From assembly GCA_910577815.1 (NCBI GenBank), contig CAJTNO010000006.1, positions 15,446 through 79,445 on the forward strand: a DNA stretch of 64,000 nt, given 5' to 3'. Origin of the DNA: an uncultured Christensenella sp. Its GTDB lineage: Bacteria > Bacillota > Clostridia > Christensenellales > CAG-917. The position numbers were made by a program, and so were the translations under genes. Each line of letters opens with the position of its first letter. The stretch's first letter is position 1. The notes beneath the pieces were generated by a model, which was not told where the DNA came from, made no database searches, and was given only the letters and a program-made list of their open reading frames with translations. Positions 27,180 through 35,719 of this stretch are shown here, piece after piece.

Positions 27180-27215
27180 AAGATAAATTATAATTTATCT
27201 TGCCTAAAAAATCAA
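27180..27215 (-). promoter_or_regulatory. Promoter of the ferredoxin/HydS/PP2C/hydrogenase operon, overlapped by a perfect 22-bp palindrome
   Basis: On the - strand: TTGATT (27215..27210), a 17-nt spacer, then TATAAT (27192..27187). The palindrome AAGATAAATTA|TAATTTATCTT (27180..27201) is centred on the -10. Confidence 0.55.
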
Positions 27216-27241
27216 TAGGCGTGTATTTCTACACGCCTATT
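27214..27241 (-). terminator. Intrinsic terminator of adhE
   Basis: AATAGGCGTGTA-TTTC-TACACGCCTATT, followed on the - strand by GATTTTTT. Confidence 0.75.
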
Positions 27242-27252
27242 ATGTTTTGTAC

Positions 27253-29862
27253 TTATTTGCCGTAATAGGCGTTTAGATACATCTGCTTGATTTCGCTCAT
27301 CAACGGATATCTCGGATTCGCGCCTGTGCACTGGTCGTCGAACGCCTGCTCTACCATATCGTCGAGGGAGTCGAGGAACACCTTTTCGTCGATGCCGTAA
27401 TCCTTGATGCAGGGCTTGATACCTACCTTAGCTTTGAGCTTATCGAGCTCGGCGATAAGGTTCTCAAGCTTTTCGGAGTCGTTCTTGCCGGTAATTCCAA
27501 GATAATCTGCAACCTCTGCGTATCTTGCGAGAGTGTGCGGATGGTCGTACTGCGGGAACGTACCCATCTTTGCGGGGACCTCCGAAGCGTTGAAGCGAAG
27601 CACCTCGTCAATCATAAGCGCGTTGGCTACGCCGTGCGGCAGATGATGGAATGCGCCAAGCTTGTGAGCCATAGAGTGGCAGACTCCGAGGAAGGCGTTT
27701 GCAAAAGCCATACCCGCCATAGTTGCGGCGTTGCCCATCTTCTCTCTTGCGATGGGGTCGTTGGGACCGTTGTCGTAAGCTCTGGGCAGGAACTCGAATA
27801 TCATCTTAAGTGCGCGCAGCGCGATACCGTCGGTATAATCCGTTGCAAGCATAGAAGCGTAAGCCTCGAGAGCGTGAGTTACCGCGTCGATACCGGACGC
27901 CGCCGTAAGTCCCTTAGGCGCGTTCATCATCAAATCGGGGTCTACGATTGCGATGTTAGGCATAAGCTCGTAGTCGGCAAGAGGATACTTGACGCCCGTC
28001 TGCTCGTCGGTGATAACCGCAAACGGAGTCACCTCGCTTCCCGTACCCGCAGAGGTAGGAATTGCAATAAATGTAGCCTTGTCGCCCATCTTGGGGAAGG
28101 TATAAACTCTTTTTCTGATATCGATAAAGCGCATAGCGAGGTCGAGGAAGTTTACTTCGGGATGCTCGTAGAGAACCCACATAATCTTACCTGCGTCCAT
28201 AGCGGAGCCGCCGCCGACTGCGATGATGACGTCGGGGTTGAATGCGCGCATAGCCTCGGCACCCTCCTTGGCGCAAGCGAGCGTCGGGTCGGGAGCTACG
28301 TTGAAGAACGTGCTGTGCGTAATACCCATCTCGTCAAGCTTGTCGGTGATTGCCTTGGTATAGCCGTTGTTGTAAAGGAAGCTGTCGGTTACGACAAACG
28401 CCTTTTTCTTGTTATATACTGCGCTAAGCTCGCTGAGTGCAACGGGCAGGCAGCCTTTTTTGAAGTATACTTTCTGCGGCGCTCTGAACCACAACATATT
28501 CTCTCTCCTCTCCGCGACGGTTTTGATGTTCAAAAGATGTTTAACGCCTACGTTTTCGCTGACGCTGTTACCGCCCCAGCTTCCGCAACCGAGCGTAAGC
28601 GAAGGCAGAAGCTTAAAGTTGTACAAGTCGCCGATACCGCCCTGGGACGACGGCGTGTTGATGAGCATACGGCAGGTTTTCATAGCCGTCTCCCACTTGT
28701 CCATCTTTTCCGTTTGAGTGAGTTGATTGATATAGAGGCTGGACGTATGACCGTAACCGCCGTCTGCAATGAGCTTTTCAGCCTTAGCCACTGCGTCGTC
28801 GAAATCCTCCGCCTTGTACATAGCAAGCACGGGAGAAAGCTTCTCGTGAGCAAATTCCTCCTCGAGCTCTACGCTTTCTACCTCGCCGATAAGCACCTTG
28901 GTCGCCTTGGGAACCTTGACGCCTGCCATTTCGGCTATTGTATGCGCCTTCTGTCCTACGATTTTTGCGTTGAGCGCGCCGTTGATAAGAATGGTCTTGC
29001 GCACCTTATCGGTCTCCTCCGCATTGAGGAAGTAAGCGCCCCTTGCCTTAATCTCTTTCTTGAATTTGTCGTATACGCCCTTGAGTACGATAACGGACTG
29101 CTCGCTTGCGCAAATCATACCGTTGTCGAAGGTCTTGGAGTGGAGTATCGAGGACGCGGCAAGCACGATATCCGCGCTGTCGTCAACGATTGCGGGAGTG
29201 TTGCCCGCGCCTACGCCCACAGCGGGCTTACCGCTGGAGTAAGCGGATTTAACCATACCGGGACCGCCCGTAGCAAGGATGAGGTCCGCCTCGCCCATAA
29301 GCTGTGCGGAAAGAGGAACGGTGGGCTGGTCAATCCAACCTACGATATTTTCGGGAGCGCCGGCCTTGACCGCCGCCTCGTAAACAATTTTTGCAGCCTC
29401 TATCGTGCAGCCCTTCGCGCGGGGATGCGGCGAGAAGATGATGCCGTTACGTGTTTTAAGAGCAATAAGCGCCTTGAAGATAGCGGTTGACGTGGGGTTT
29501 GTCGTAGGAACGACAGCCGCGATTACGCCGACGGGCTCGGCAATCTTTTTGATGCCGTAGGCCTTGTCCTCCTCTATCACTCCGCAGGTCTTGGTTGTGC
29601 GGAAGGCATTGTAAATATACTCGGACGCATAGTGGTTTTTGATAACCTTATCTTCGACGATACCCATACCGGTCTCCTCGACAGCCATCTTGGCAAGAGG
29701 AATTCTCGCCTGGTTGGCGGCCATAGAAGCCTCGAAGAAAATCTTATCCACCTGCTCTTGCGTGAAAGTGGCAAATTGACGTTGCGCTTCTCTGACCTTG
29801 GCAATCAGTTCGCGCAAGCTCTCTTCGCTGTTGACAATAGAAAGATTTTTTTTCATACCCAT
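27253..29862 (-). CDS. adhE: Bifunctional acetaldehyde-CoA / alcohol dehydrogenase
   Basis: 869 aa with an N-terminal ALDH domain and a C-terminal iron-ADH domain (GGGSAMDAGK; HSMAHKLGAFHHLPHG). Confidence 0.95.
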   Translation of the reverse strand: MGMKKNLSIVNSEESLRELIAKVREAQRQFATFTQEQVDKIFFEASMAANQARIPLAKMAVEETGMGIVEDKVIKNHYASEYIYNAFRTTKTCGVIEEDKAYGIKKIAEPVGVIAAVVPTTNPTSTAIFKALIALKTRNGIIFSPHPRAKGCTIEAAKIVYEAAVKAGAPENIVGWIDQPTVPLSAQLMGEADLILATGGPGMVKSAYSSGKPAVGVGAGNTPAIVDDSADIVLAASSILHSKTFDNGMICASEQSVIVLKGVYDKFKKEIKARGAYFLNAEETDKVRKTILINGALNAKIVGQKAHTIAEMAGVKVPKATKVLIGEVESVELEEEFAHEKLSPVLAMYKAEDFDDAVAKAEKLIADGGYGHTSSLYINQLTQTEKMDKWETAMKTCRMLINTPSSQGGIGDLYNFKLLPSLTLGCGSWGGNSVSENVGVKHLLNIKTVAERRENMLWFRAPQKVYFKKGCLPVALSELSAVYNKKKAFVVTDSFLYNNGYTKAITDKLDEMGITHSTFFNVAPDPTLACAKEGAEAMRAFNPDVIIAVGGGSAMDAGKIMWVLYEHPEVNFLDLAMRFIDIRKRVYTFPKMGDKATFIAIPTSAGTGSEVTPFAVITDEQTGVKYPLADYELMPNIAIVDPDLMMNAPKGLTAASGIDAVTHALEAYASMLATDYTDGIALRALKMIFEFLPRAYDNGPNDPIAREKMGNAATMAGMAFANAFLGVCHSMAHKLGAFHHLPHGVANALMIDEVLRFNASEVPAKMGTFPQYDHPHTLARYAEVADYLGITGKNDSEKLENLIAELDKLKAKVGIKPCIKDYGIDEKVFLDSLDDMVEQAFDDQCTGANPRYPLMSEIKQMYLNAYYGK

Positions 29863-29893
29863 ATTTCCTTATTATTTATTTACCGAATTTAAT

Positions 29894-29944
29894 TCGATAA
29901 GTTTTTATCGATATCATTTTACTTTTATAATCGTATTTTGTCAA
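29894..29944 (-). promoter_or_regulatory. adhE promoter with a downstream inverted-repeat operator candidate
   Basis: On the - strand: TTGACA (29944..29939), a 17-nt spacer, then TAAAAT (29921..29916). The palindrome TCGATAA-GTTT-TTATCGA (29894..29911) lies between the -10 and the RBS. Confidence 0.55.
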
Positions 29945-29963
29945 CAAATTTCCTATAAAAATA

Positions 29964-29990
29964 TTCGGAACACACATTTCGTGTTCCGAA
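29964..29990 (-). terminator. Intrinsic terminator after the M28-like gene
   Basis: TTCGGAACAC-ACATTTC-GTGTTCCGAA. A T-rich run follows on the - strand. Confidence 0.65.
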
Positions 29991-30015
29991 TAGCTTAAAA
30001 CTCAGATATGCGCGC

Positions 30016-31317
30016 TTAGTTATCCGCCTCCGCGCTCTGCTCCGGAACGCTATCCCGTATCATTTCAGCCGGCTCCTGCTCGGAAATACAGGAAATATCG
30101 ATATCCTCGCCGCTATATCTCTTAACTATTTCCATAGTAAGCGCAAATCCCTCTGCTATGCAATCCCTGCTGAGATTTTCATAAGAATCGTATCTGGTAT
30201 AAAAGTAATCGGGCAAGCGCGAATTGACCGCGCAAAATCCCGAGCTTTTAAAGCCGCCTTGCGTAAACGCCGCGCTGTCGCTTGCTTCAAAGGGAATTCT
30301 ATGATTGGAGCATTTAAGCCCGAGCGCATTCGCGCTGTCAAGGATGAGGCTTGTAACCTCCCTGTCGCATTTAACAAGTCCCGTCATTTCGCTGCTATTG
30401 GCGTTAAGACTACCAAGCTCGCGCAAGGACGCAAGCGAAATAAACGCGGTATTTTCTCTATCTATTTCATTTCCGTGCTTTTCGCACCAGACCTTAGCGC
30501 CTCTGAGACCTACCGCTCCGCTGCCTGTAAGAATTACGCCGACCTCGGTATTTTCAAGCTGAACATCCTTCAACGCTCCAAGCATTCTGGCGGCTATAAA
30601 GCAGCCCGTAAGATTGTTGTTTGCACCGTTTACTATAACCTTTGTGCTTACTGTAAAGTAGGTTGAAAACAGTATGGGAGCAAATATCAAGCCCGCCGCG
30701 CCCGCATAAAGCATAGCGCCGCTTGCAATTCCCGCGCCCACGCCGCCAATAAGCACCCAACGCGCAACCGAAAGAGCCGCAAAATATATAACGCCTATAA
30801 TGTCTGCAACAACTATCGCTACAGACATAATACCTCCGAAGCGGTATTTAAGGCTGTTCTCAAAGCACGCGTCCATATTAGCTACAAAATAAATTCTCTT
30901 TTTTGCTTCGCCCGAGCATCTTTTTATTGCCGTGACGTTTTGGGAGGTCATTTCGGGATAAAGAGGGTCCAGCATTCTCTTAAACATTACGTACTCGAAC
31001 AGAAACGGAATGCACCCTACCACAAACAGCAGCAACGCAACCAGGGATGAAAAAAAGTAAGATACTATTCCAAGCATAAAGCAACTCACGCTTAACGGTA
31101 TCCAACCCGTAAACGCGGCAGGATTCACCTTAAACTCCTCTTTTTTCACTTCGTCGGCGCAAGCGGACAGCTCCTCGTAAAAGTACTCCGCGGTCTGTCT
31201 TTCGCCCTCGCCTCCCGCATTTCTGCTGCCGAAGCTCTTACAGATATGCTTTATATCTGCGCATATCTTGCCCGCTACCTCGTGTTTATCGGTTATCATC
31301 ATTATCCTCTCCTTCAC
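30016..31317 (-). CDS. Membrane protein with an M28-peptidase-like domain
   Basis: 433 aa with an N-terminal M28-like start (SRNAGGEGERQTAEYF), several TM segments inserted, and a C-terminal half (TGSGAVGLRGAKVW) that resembles a degenerate M28 active-site region. Confidence 0.4.
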   Translation of the reverse strand: MKERIMMITDKHEVAGKICADIKHICKSFGSRNAGGEGERQTAEYFYEELSACADEVKKEEFKVNPAAFTGWIPLSVSCFMLGIVSYFFSSLVALLLFVVGCIPFLFEYVMFKRMLDPLYPEMTSQNVTAIKRCSGEAKKRIYFVANMDACFENSLKYRFGGIMSVAIVVADIIGVIYFAALSVARWVLIGGVGAGIASGAMLYAGAAGLIFAPILFSTYFTVSTKVIVNGANNNLTGCFIAARMLGALKDVQLENTEVGVILTGSGAVGLRGAKVWCEKHGNEIDRENTAFISLASLRELGSLNANSSEMTGLVKCDREVTSLILDSANALGLKCSNHRIPFEASDSAAFTQGGFKSSGFCAVNSRLPDYFYTRYDSYENLSRDCIAEGFALTMEIVKRYSGEDIDISCISEQEPAEMIRDSVPEQSAEADN

Positions 31318-31738
31318 CTGCGCTAAGATTTTTAATGATTATTTCCAACATCAATCCGGTTATTTCAAGAGCCTTATCCTCTGTACCCCGAGTAGCCAAT
31401 CTGTAAAAACGATTGTTAGCCTCGTCGATAATTGCGGCGACCTCGAGTCCCTTATCCGTAAGCTTTAAATCCTGTTCACGCTTATCAACTGCGGATATGG
31501 AAATTTCTATAAGCCCCTTATCCTTCAGCGACTTTACGCTGCGCGACACCAAAGCCTTGGACACGTCCGCGTCCTTTGCAATCGCGCTTGCAGTGGATAC
31601 GGTTTGCAAGCCGTCCAAAACCGCCACCTCGTTAGGAGACAGCGAATAATCGCTCACGCACCCCGTAATATAATCGTTATAGGCGCGCATAAGCGTTCTG
31701 AAGGAAGCGAACATATTTTTACACTGCTTTAAATTCAT
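31286..31738 (-). CDS. MarR-family transcriptional regulator
   Basis: 150 aa with a winged-HTH pattern (LSPNEVAVLDGL…ASAIAKDADVSKALVSRSVKSLKDKGLI…DKREQDLKLTDKG). Confidence 0.8.
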   Translation of the reverse strand: MNLKQCKNMFASFRTLMRAYNDYITGCVSDYSLSPNEVAVLDGLQTVSTASAIAKDADVSKALVSRSVKSLKDKGLIEISISAVDKREQDLKLTDKGLEVAAIIDEANNRFYRLATRGTEDKALEITGLMLEIIIKNLSAGEGEDNDDNR

Positions 31739-31807
31739 AATCCCAAATTTACAATAAACCGCCGTGCAGTCGAATTAAATCGACGGCGCGACGGTTTAAA
31801 TCCTTAT

Positions 31808-33712
31808 TTATTCTTTATCCTCGGGTATCTCGGTCTGAGCCGAAGCCTCCGACCGTTCTGCGCAATTCTCTCTTTCTTCTATGGGAATTGCAACGCCGTC
31901 CTCGTTGGGGAATATCTCAAGCGGCGCAAACCCGTGAGCCGCCTTATCTATACTGCCGGCACTGTCTGTTGCAAGCGCAGCGTTATCCCCTCCTGCGAGA
32001 GCCGCTTTCCTGCGGTTGATTTCTTCCTTTGCCTCCTGCTGCTGTTTCTCGTTAAACTTGTAGAAGAACAGCGGAATAATGGTAAGGAAGAATGATATCG
32101 CCGCAATGAGAACAAGCATAATCCACATAGTATCCTTGCCCTGCGCAGTAACCGCGCTCGCATTGCCGGCCTCAACGCCTGCCATATAGTAAGCGAGAAC
32201 ACCGACGAATGCGCCGACAGCCATAGCTATTTTATTTATAAGAGTCTGCATTGCAAAGCAGATGCCCTCCGCGCGCTCGCCCGTTTTAAGCTCGAGATAC
32301 TCAACCGTATCGCCTATCATTGCATAGGTCAGAATATTTCCGAAGCCCTGCGGTATTCCGCTTATAACCAATGCGATAATCAGTACAACCGTAGTAACCA
32401 TACTTGAGTAGTTGCCGTGGTCGAAGGCTATACCTACGATAAACGCTATAAGCATTGCCACGCCGCCGATGACGTGAGACCAGATATAAGTGTTGCGTTT
32501 GCCGAACTTTTTGGTGAAAAACGGAACGAGAAGCGACGCTATAAGTCCGCCGGGAACTATCGCCATTGTAAAGAGCGAATACATCGACTCCTTATTCATA
32601 ATATACTTAGCAAAATACAAGCCGCCCGTATATGTAAACAGCATTCTTGCCGCTCCACCGATACCGGACAGAACGATAAGCATAAGCGGTTTATTTTTAA
32701 ACAAAAGCTTGAGATTGTGTTTTAAGGACGGCGGCTTTTCAAAGGACTGATTTCTTTCGGTGGTATTTTTATATCCGAGGAAGAAAAGCGGAAGCGCGAT
32801 AACGCAGCAAACAATGGCAATGATAAAGTAAGTAAATCTTAAATCTTGCATCATACTTGCGCTTGCGCTCTGCTTAATCTGAAGGAGCGCCGCGCCGCTT
32901 TGATTGATATTCAAACCGAGATTGCCGAAGGTTTTCGTAATAGACGCAAGCTTATCCGCGGAAAGCAGGTTTTGTATGTACGCGCCTACGTTTTCTATTC
33001 CGCTGAACATCGCAAAGAACGCGGAATTGGAAGCCACAACCTCCTCTCCTCCGTTTATTGCATTCATAAGCGATTGAATTGCCGATACAACAGAGTTATC
33101 CGCCGAGGTTATTGCCTGCGTTATAATAGGAGTAAATACTGTGACTATTCCCGCGCCGGCCGTACAGAACAAACGCGCGATAGTAAGCAGATTGCCTCTG
33201 CGGTAGGTATCGTTTGACATTGCGGTGGAAAGTCCCCAATAAGGCACGTCCGCAACAGTATAGATAACTCCCCACACTATGTACAATATAGACAGAGCCG
33301 CAAATCCGCCGTCCGTATTCGGATAAAACGGCAAAAAGCACACGACGGTCATCGCCGCAATCGGGAAAGCCATCCATTTCATATAAGGACGGCACTTGCC
33401 CCATTTGGTACGCGTTCTGTCAACTATCGAGCCCATAATCGGGTCGTTAAGCGCGTCGAAGATTCGGGCGCCAAGCATTAAGAGCGCAACCGCTAAAGCG
33501 GGAAATCCTATAGCGTCCGTCATAAACACTGTAAGATACGAGCCTATAACTGTACAGATAAGATTTTGCCCGAAGCCGCAAAGAGAATAACTCAAGCCCT
33601 CTTTAGGTTGCATTTCCCCGTCGCCCGGCGTAGAGCCGAATAAAGTGTGTAAAAACGGCTTTTTATTGCCGTCTACAACAGCGTTTTCTTTTTTACCCAT
33701 AATTTCTCCCAA
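31808..33712 (-). CDS. MFS/GPH-family (glycoside-pentoside-hexuronide:cation symporter-like) transporter with a central insertion
   Basis: 634 aa and polytopic. GPH-like N-terminal motifs (GARIFDALNDPIMGSIVDRTRTKWGKCRP) and a soluble insertion of about 100 aa in the middle. Confidence 0.7.
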   Translation of the reverse strand: MGEIMGKKENAVVDGNKKPFLHTLFGSTPGDGEMQPKEGLSYSLCGFGQNLICTVIGSYLTVFMTDAIGFPALAVALLMLGARIFDALNDPIMGSIVDRTRTKWGKCRPYMKWMAFPIAAMTVVCFLPFYPNTDGGFAALSILYIVWGVIYTVADVPYWGLSTAMSNDTYRRGNLLTIARLFCTAGAGIVTVFTPIITQAITSADNSVVSAIQSLMNAINGGEEVVASNSAFFAMFSGIENVGAYIQNLLSADKLASITKTFGNLGLNINQSGAALLQIKQSASASMMQDLRFTYFIIAIVCCVIALPLFFLGYKNTTERNQSFEKPPSLKHNLKLLFKNKPLMLIVLSGIGGAARMLFTYTGGLYFAKYIMNKESMYSLFTMAIVPGGLIASLLVPFFTKKFGKRNTYIWSHVIGGVAMLIAFIVGIAFDHGNYSSMVTTVVLIIALVISGIPQGFGNILTYAMIGDTVEYLELKTGERAEGICFAMQTLINKIAMAVGAFVGVLAYYMAGVEAGNASAVTAQGKDTMWIMLVLIAAISFFLTIIPLFFYKFNEKQQQEAKEEINRRKAALAGGDNAALATDSAGSIDKAAHGFAPLEIFPNEDGVAIPIEERENCAERSEASAQTEIPEDKE

Positions 33713-33907
33713 ACCTTATATTTGCACTAAAATCGCGCAATTCTACAGATATAATTATTCTATCAATATTTATATCAACAATCAACCCCTATTTTGTAAT
33801 TTTCATTTAATTTTAATAAACTAAATGCAAATTATTAAAGTATATGCGCCTAAATACGTATAACTATGCTTCCGACAAAAAATCCCACTAAATACTTGCA
33901 CAAAAAA

Positions 33908-33924
33908 AACGGCTGATAGCCGTT
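33908..33924. terminator. Bidirectional intrinsic terminator
   Basis: AACGGCT-GAT-AGCCGTT, flanked by A8 and a T-rich run. Confidence 0.65.
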
Positions 33925-33961
33925 TCTTTATTTTAAAGCGTATTTTAGTTTATTGATTAAA

Positions 33962-34588
33962 TCAATCTTTGATAAAATTAGTCCTTATCTTCGCCCTCGT
34001 TTCGGGCACGGGGATTCCGTTTGTCTTTGCGCAATCGATACATTTCAACAGCCAGGACATATTCTCCCCCAGATTTCGCATAGTCTGCAAACCCTCCTCG
34101 TCTTTAAAAATATCCTCTGGCTTGCTTCCAAACGCCATATTCCAGTAGGTGGACGATACAAGCGGCATTTCCGCTATCGTAGCGTATTTGTTTAATGTAT
34201 CTATTGCGGCTGTAGTTCCAGCGCGGCGCGCAACCGCCAACATTGCGGCAGGCTTATGCGAAAACCATCTTTTTCCCGCATAAAACGCTCTGTCCAAAAA
34301 ACACAATATCCTTCCGTCGGCGTGAGCGTAATAGGTCGGCGAGCCGAACACAAACCCGTCCGCCTGCTTTGCCTTGTCTATAAACTCGTTTACAGCGTCG
34401 TCGTCAAATATACATCTGTACTTGTCGGCGCACTGTCCGCAGCCGATACAGTCGCGCACGGGATTTGCTCCAATCTGAAAAATTTCGGTCTCTATGCCGT
34501 TATTTTCAAGCACCTTTGCAACCTCCGTCAGCGCGGTAAAAGTACTTCCGTTTGCTTTGCAGCTTCCATTTAATAGTAAAACCTTCAT
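33962..34588 (-). CDS. Flavodoxin-like fold FMN reductase / iron-sulfur flavoprotein-like protein
   Basis: MKVLLLNGS… followed by a Cys cluster (CIGCGQC) and GSPTYY. GGAG lies before the ATG at 34588; the track ORF starts at 34609. Confidence 0.7.
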   Translation of the reverse strand: MKVLLLNGSCKANGSTFTALTEVAKVLENNGIETEIFQIGANPVRDCIGCGQCADKYRCIFDDDAVNEFIDKAKQADGFVFGSPTYYAHADGRILCFLDRAFYAGKRWFSHKPAAMLAVARRAGTTAAIDTLNKYATIAEMPLVSSTYWNMAFGSKPEDIFKDEEGLQTMRNLGENMSWLLKCIDCAKTNGIPVPETRAKIRTNFIKD

Positions 34589-34879
34589 ATTCACTCCGAT
34601 TATGCGCATATACGCAAGTCAATATATGTTCATTTGTTCCTATATTACAACAAACCCGTTGCAATATCAATATCGAATATCAATATATGTACCTATGTGT
34701 ATTTTTGCAATCATATTAAAGCTATATCCATATAATTATAATAGAATTATACATCTAATATAACCCAAAATAAAAATTCACCAGTTGAACTGGTGGTTTT
34801 TAATTTGAGGGTAAAACCCTCTGTTATTAGCATAGCGAAATCGCTTACCCGTAGTCCGCCTTTTGCGTTCGCTAACCTC

Positions 34880-35119
34880 CTACTTCTTGAATGGGTCTAC
34901 CAACTCCGTTATCGTCATTTGTTCTACCTCTTTATCTTCTTTCAGTTGGTTAGCGATATACTCCTTTATCTTCGCCGTATTCTTCCCAACTGTGTCTACA
35001 TAATATCCTCTACACCAAAACTCTCTGTTGCGGTACTTGAATTTCATATTTGCCCATTTCTGATAAATCAGCAACGAACTTTTCCCCTTCAAAAATCCCA
35101 TAAAACTCACAGTCTGCAA
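34880..35119 (-). pseudogene. tnpA: IS200/IS605-family tnpA remnant (C-terminal half only)
   Basis: VSFMGFLKGKSSLLIYQKWANMKFKYRNREFWCRGYYVDTVGKNTAKIKEYIANQLKEDKE closely matches the C-terminal ~80 aa of IS200 TnpA. The N-terminal ~70 aa, which includes the HUH motif, is absent. The hairpin GAGGGTAAAACCCTC and a terminator-like CACCAGTTGAACTGGTG lie downstream (34781..34830). Confidence 0.85.
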
Positions 35120-35218
35120 GACTGTTTGTTTTACCTCGCGTTCGTTTCCCTTTCCCTATAAAAAATATCCGCACAACTACGTTGTACGGATGCTTTTTGG
35201 TACCCCCATAGGGAATCG
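35109..35218 (-). repeat. Direct repeat copy A: the last 21 nt of tRNA-Glu plus ~90 nt of its 3' flank
   Basis: Near-identical to 35316..35427, differing by one substitution and a T-run length. It includes the tRNA terminator hairpin and the hairpin CAGTCTGCAAGACTG. Confidence 0.85.
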
Positions 35219-35315
35219 CTCCGCTTGACATTCTATATCTCACCCGCCATACACAGGTTGACATCATCCTCGCCTATGCTCTCCGTTGTCTGCGCTATCA
35301 CGCCTGCTCGGACAA

Positions 35316-35427
35316 ACAGTCTGCAAGACTGTTTGTTTTACCTCGCGTTCGTTTCCCTTTCCCTATAAAAAATATCCGCACAACTACGTTGTACGGATGT
35401 TTTTTTGGTACCCCCATAGGGAATCGA
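35316..35427 (-). repeat. Direct repeat copy B (the authentic tRNA-Glu 3' end and flank)
   Basis: See copy A. Identity begins inside the T-loop (CGATTCCCTATGGGGGTACCA). Confidence 0.85.
35374..35398 (-). terminator. Intrinsic terminator of tRNA-Glu
   Basis: Hairpin ATCCGCACAAC-TAC-GTTGTACGGAT, with one wobble on the - strand, followed by a T-run on the - strand. Confidence 0.6.
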
Positions 35428-35482
35428 ACCCTAGTTTCCGCCGTGAGAGGGCGACGTCTTGAACCGCTTGACCATGAGGGCG
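35407..35482 (-). tRNA. trnE: tRNA-Glu (anticodon CUC), CCA encoded
   Basis: Hand-folded. The acceptor is GCCCUCA/UGGGGGU, the D-arm GUCAAGCGGUUCAAGAC, the anticodon stem-loop UCGCC-CUCUCAC-GGCGG, and the T-arm UAGGG-UUCGAUU-CCCUA. It closely resembles Bacillus tRNA-Glu. Confidence 0.85.
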
Positions 35483-35719
35483 TTTTTAAATGTATTGTGA
35501 TAATACCATACTTTAAAAAATTACGCAACTGATTTTTTGTATTTTTACGGCATTGCTTAAAATTTATATTCTATACGCAAATATCCTACACATTGTATGA
35601 AAAATAAATAAACATTTGTAAAAAATGTCAGGACTTGTATATTGAATTTATATTTTAATTATATTACAATTATATAAATAATATATGACTAAGGCTTGAC
35701 CTGTCATTAAGGAGGACTT

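Noticed and set aside
27535-29490. 651-aa + strand ORF, the longest unexplained ORF in the track
   Set aside because: It lies entirely antisense to adhE, whose identity is unambiguous. Its composition (Arg/His/Val/Gly-rich, with no motifs) is typical of a shadow ORF on the opposite strand of a well-conserved gene.
35219-35315. Possibility that the 97-bp spacer plus the duplicated 21 nt is a second, degenerate tRNA
   Set aside because: I tried folding the 77 nt that end at the CCA. The 5' end (GGCGAGGA…) cannot pair with the acceptor 3' strand UGGGGGU, and no D or anticodon arm forms.
35010-35528. ORFs 35010..35267 and 35298..35528, which share the peptide KKHPYNVVVRIFFIGKGKRTRGKTNSLADC
   Set aside because: The shared peptide is just the translation of the duplicated tRNA flank. 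One ORF reads straight through the tRNA-Glu gene. Neither is a real gene.
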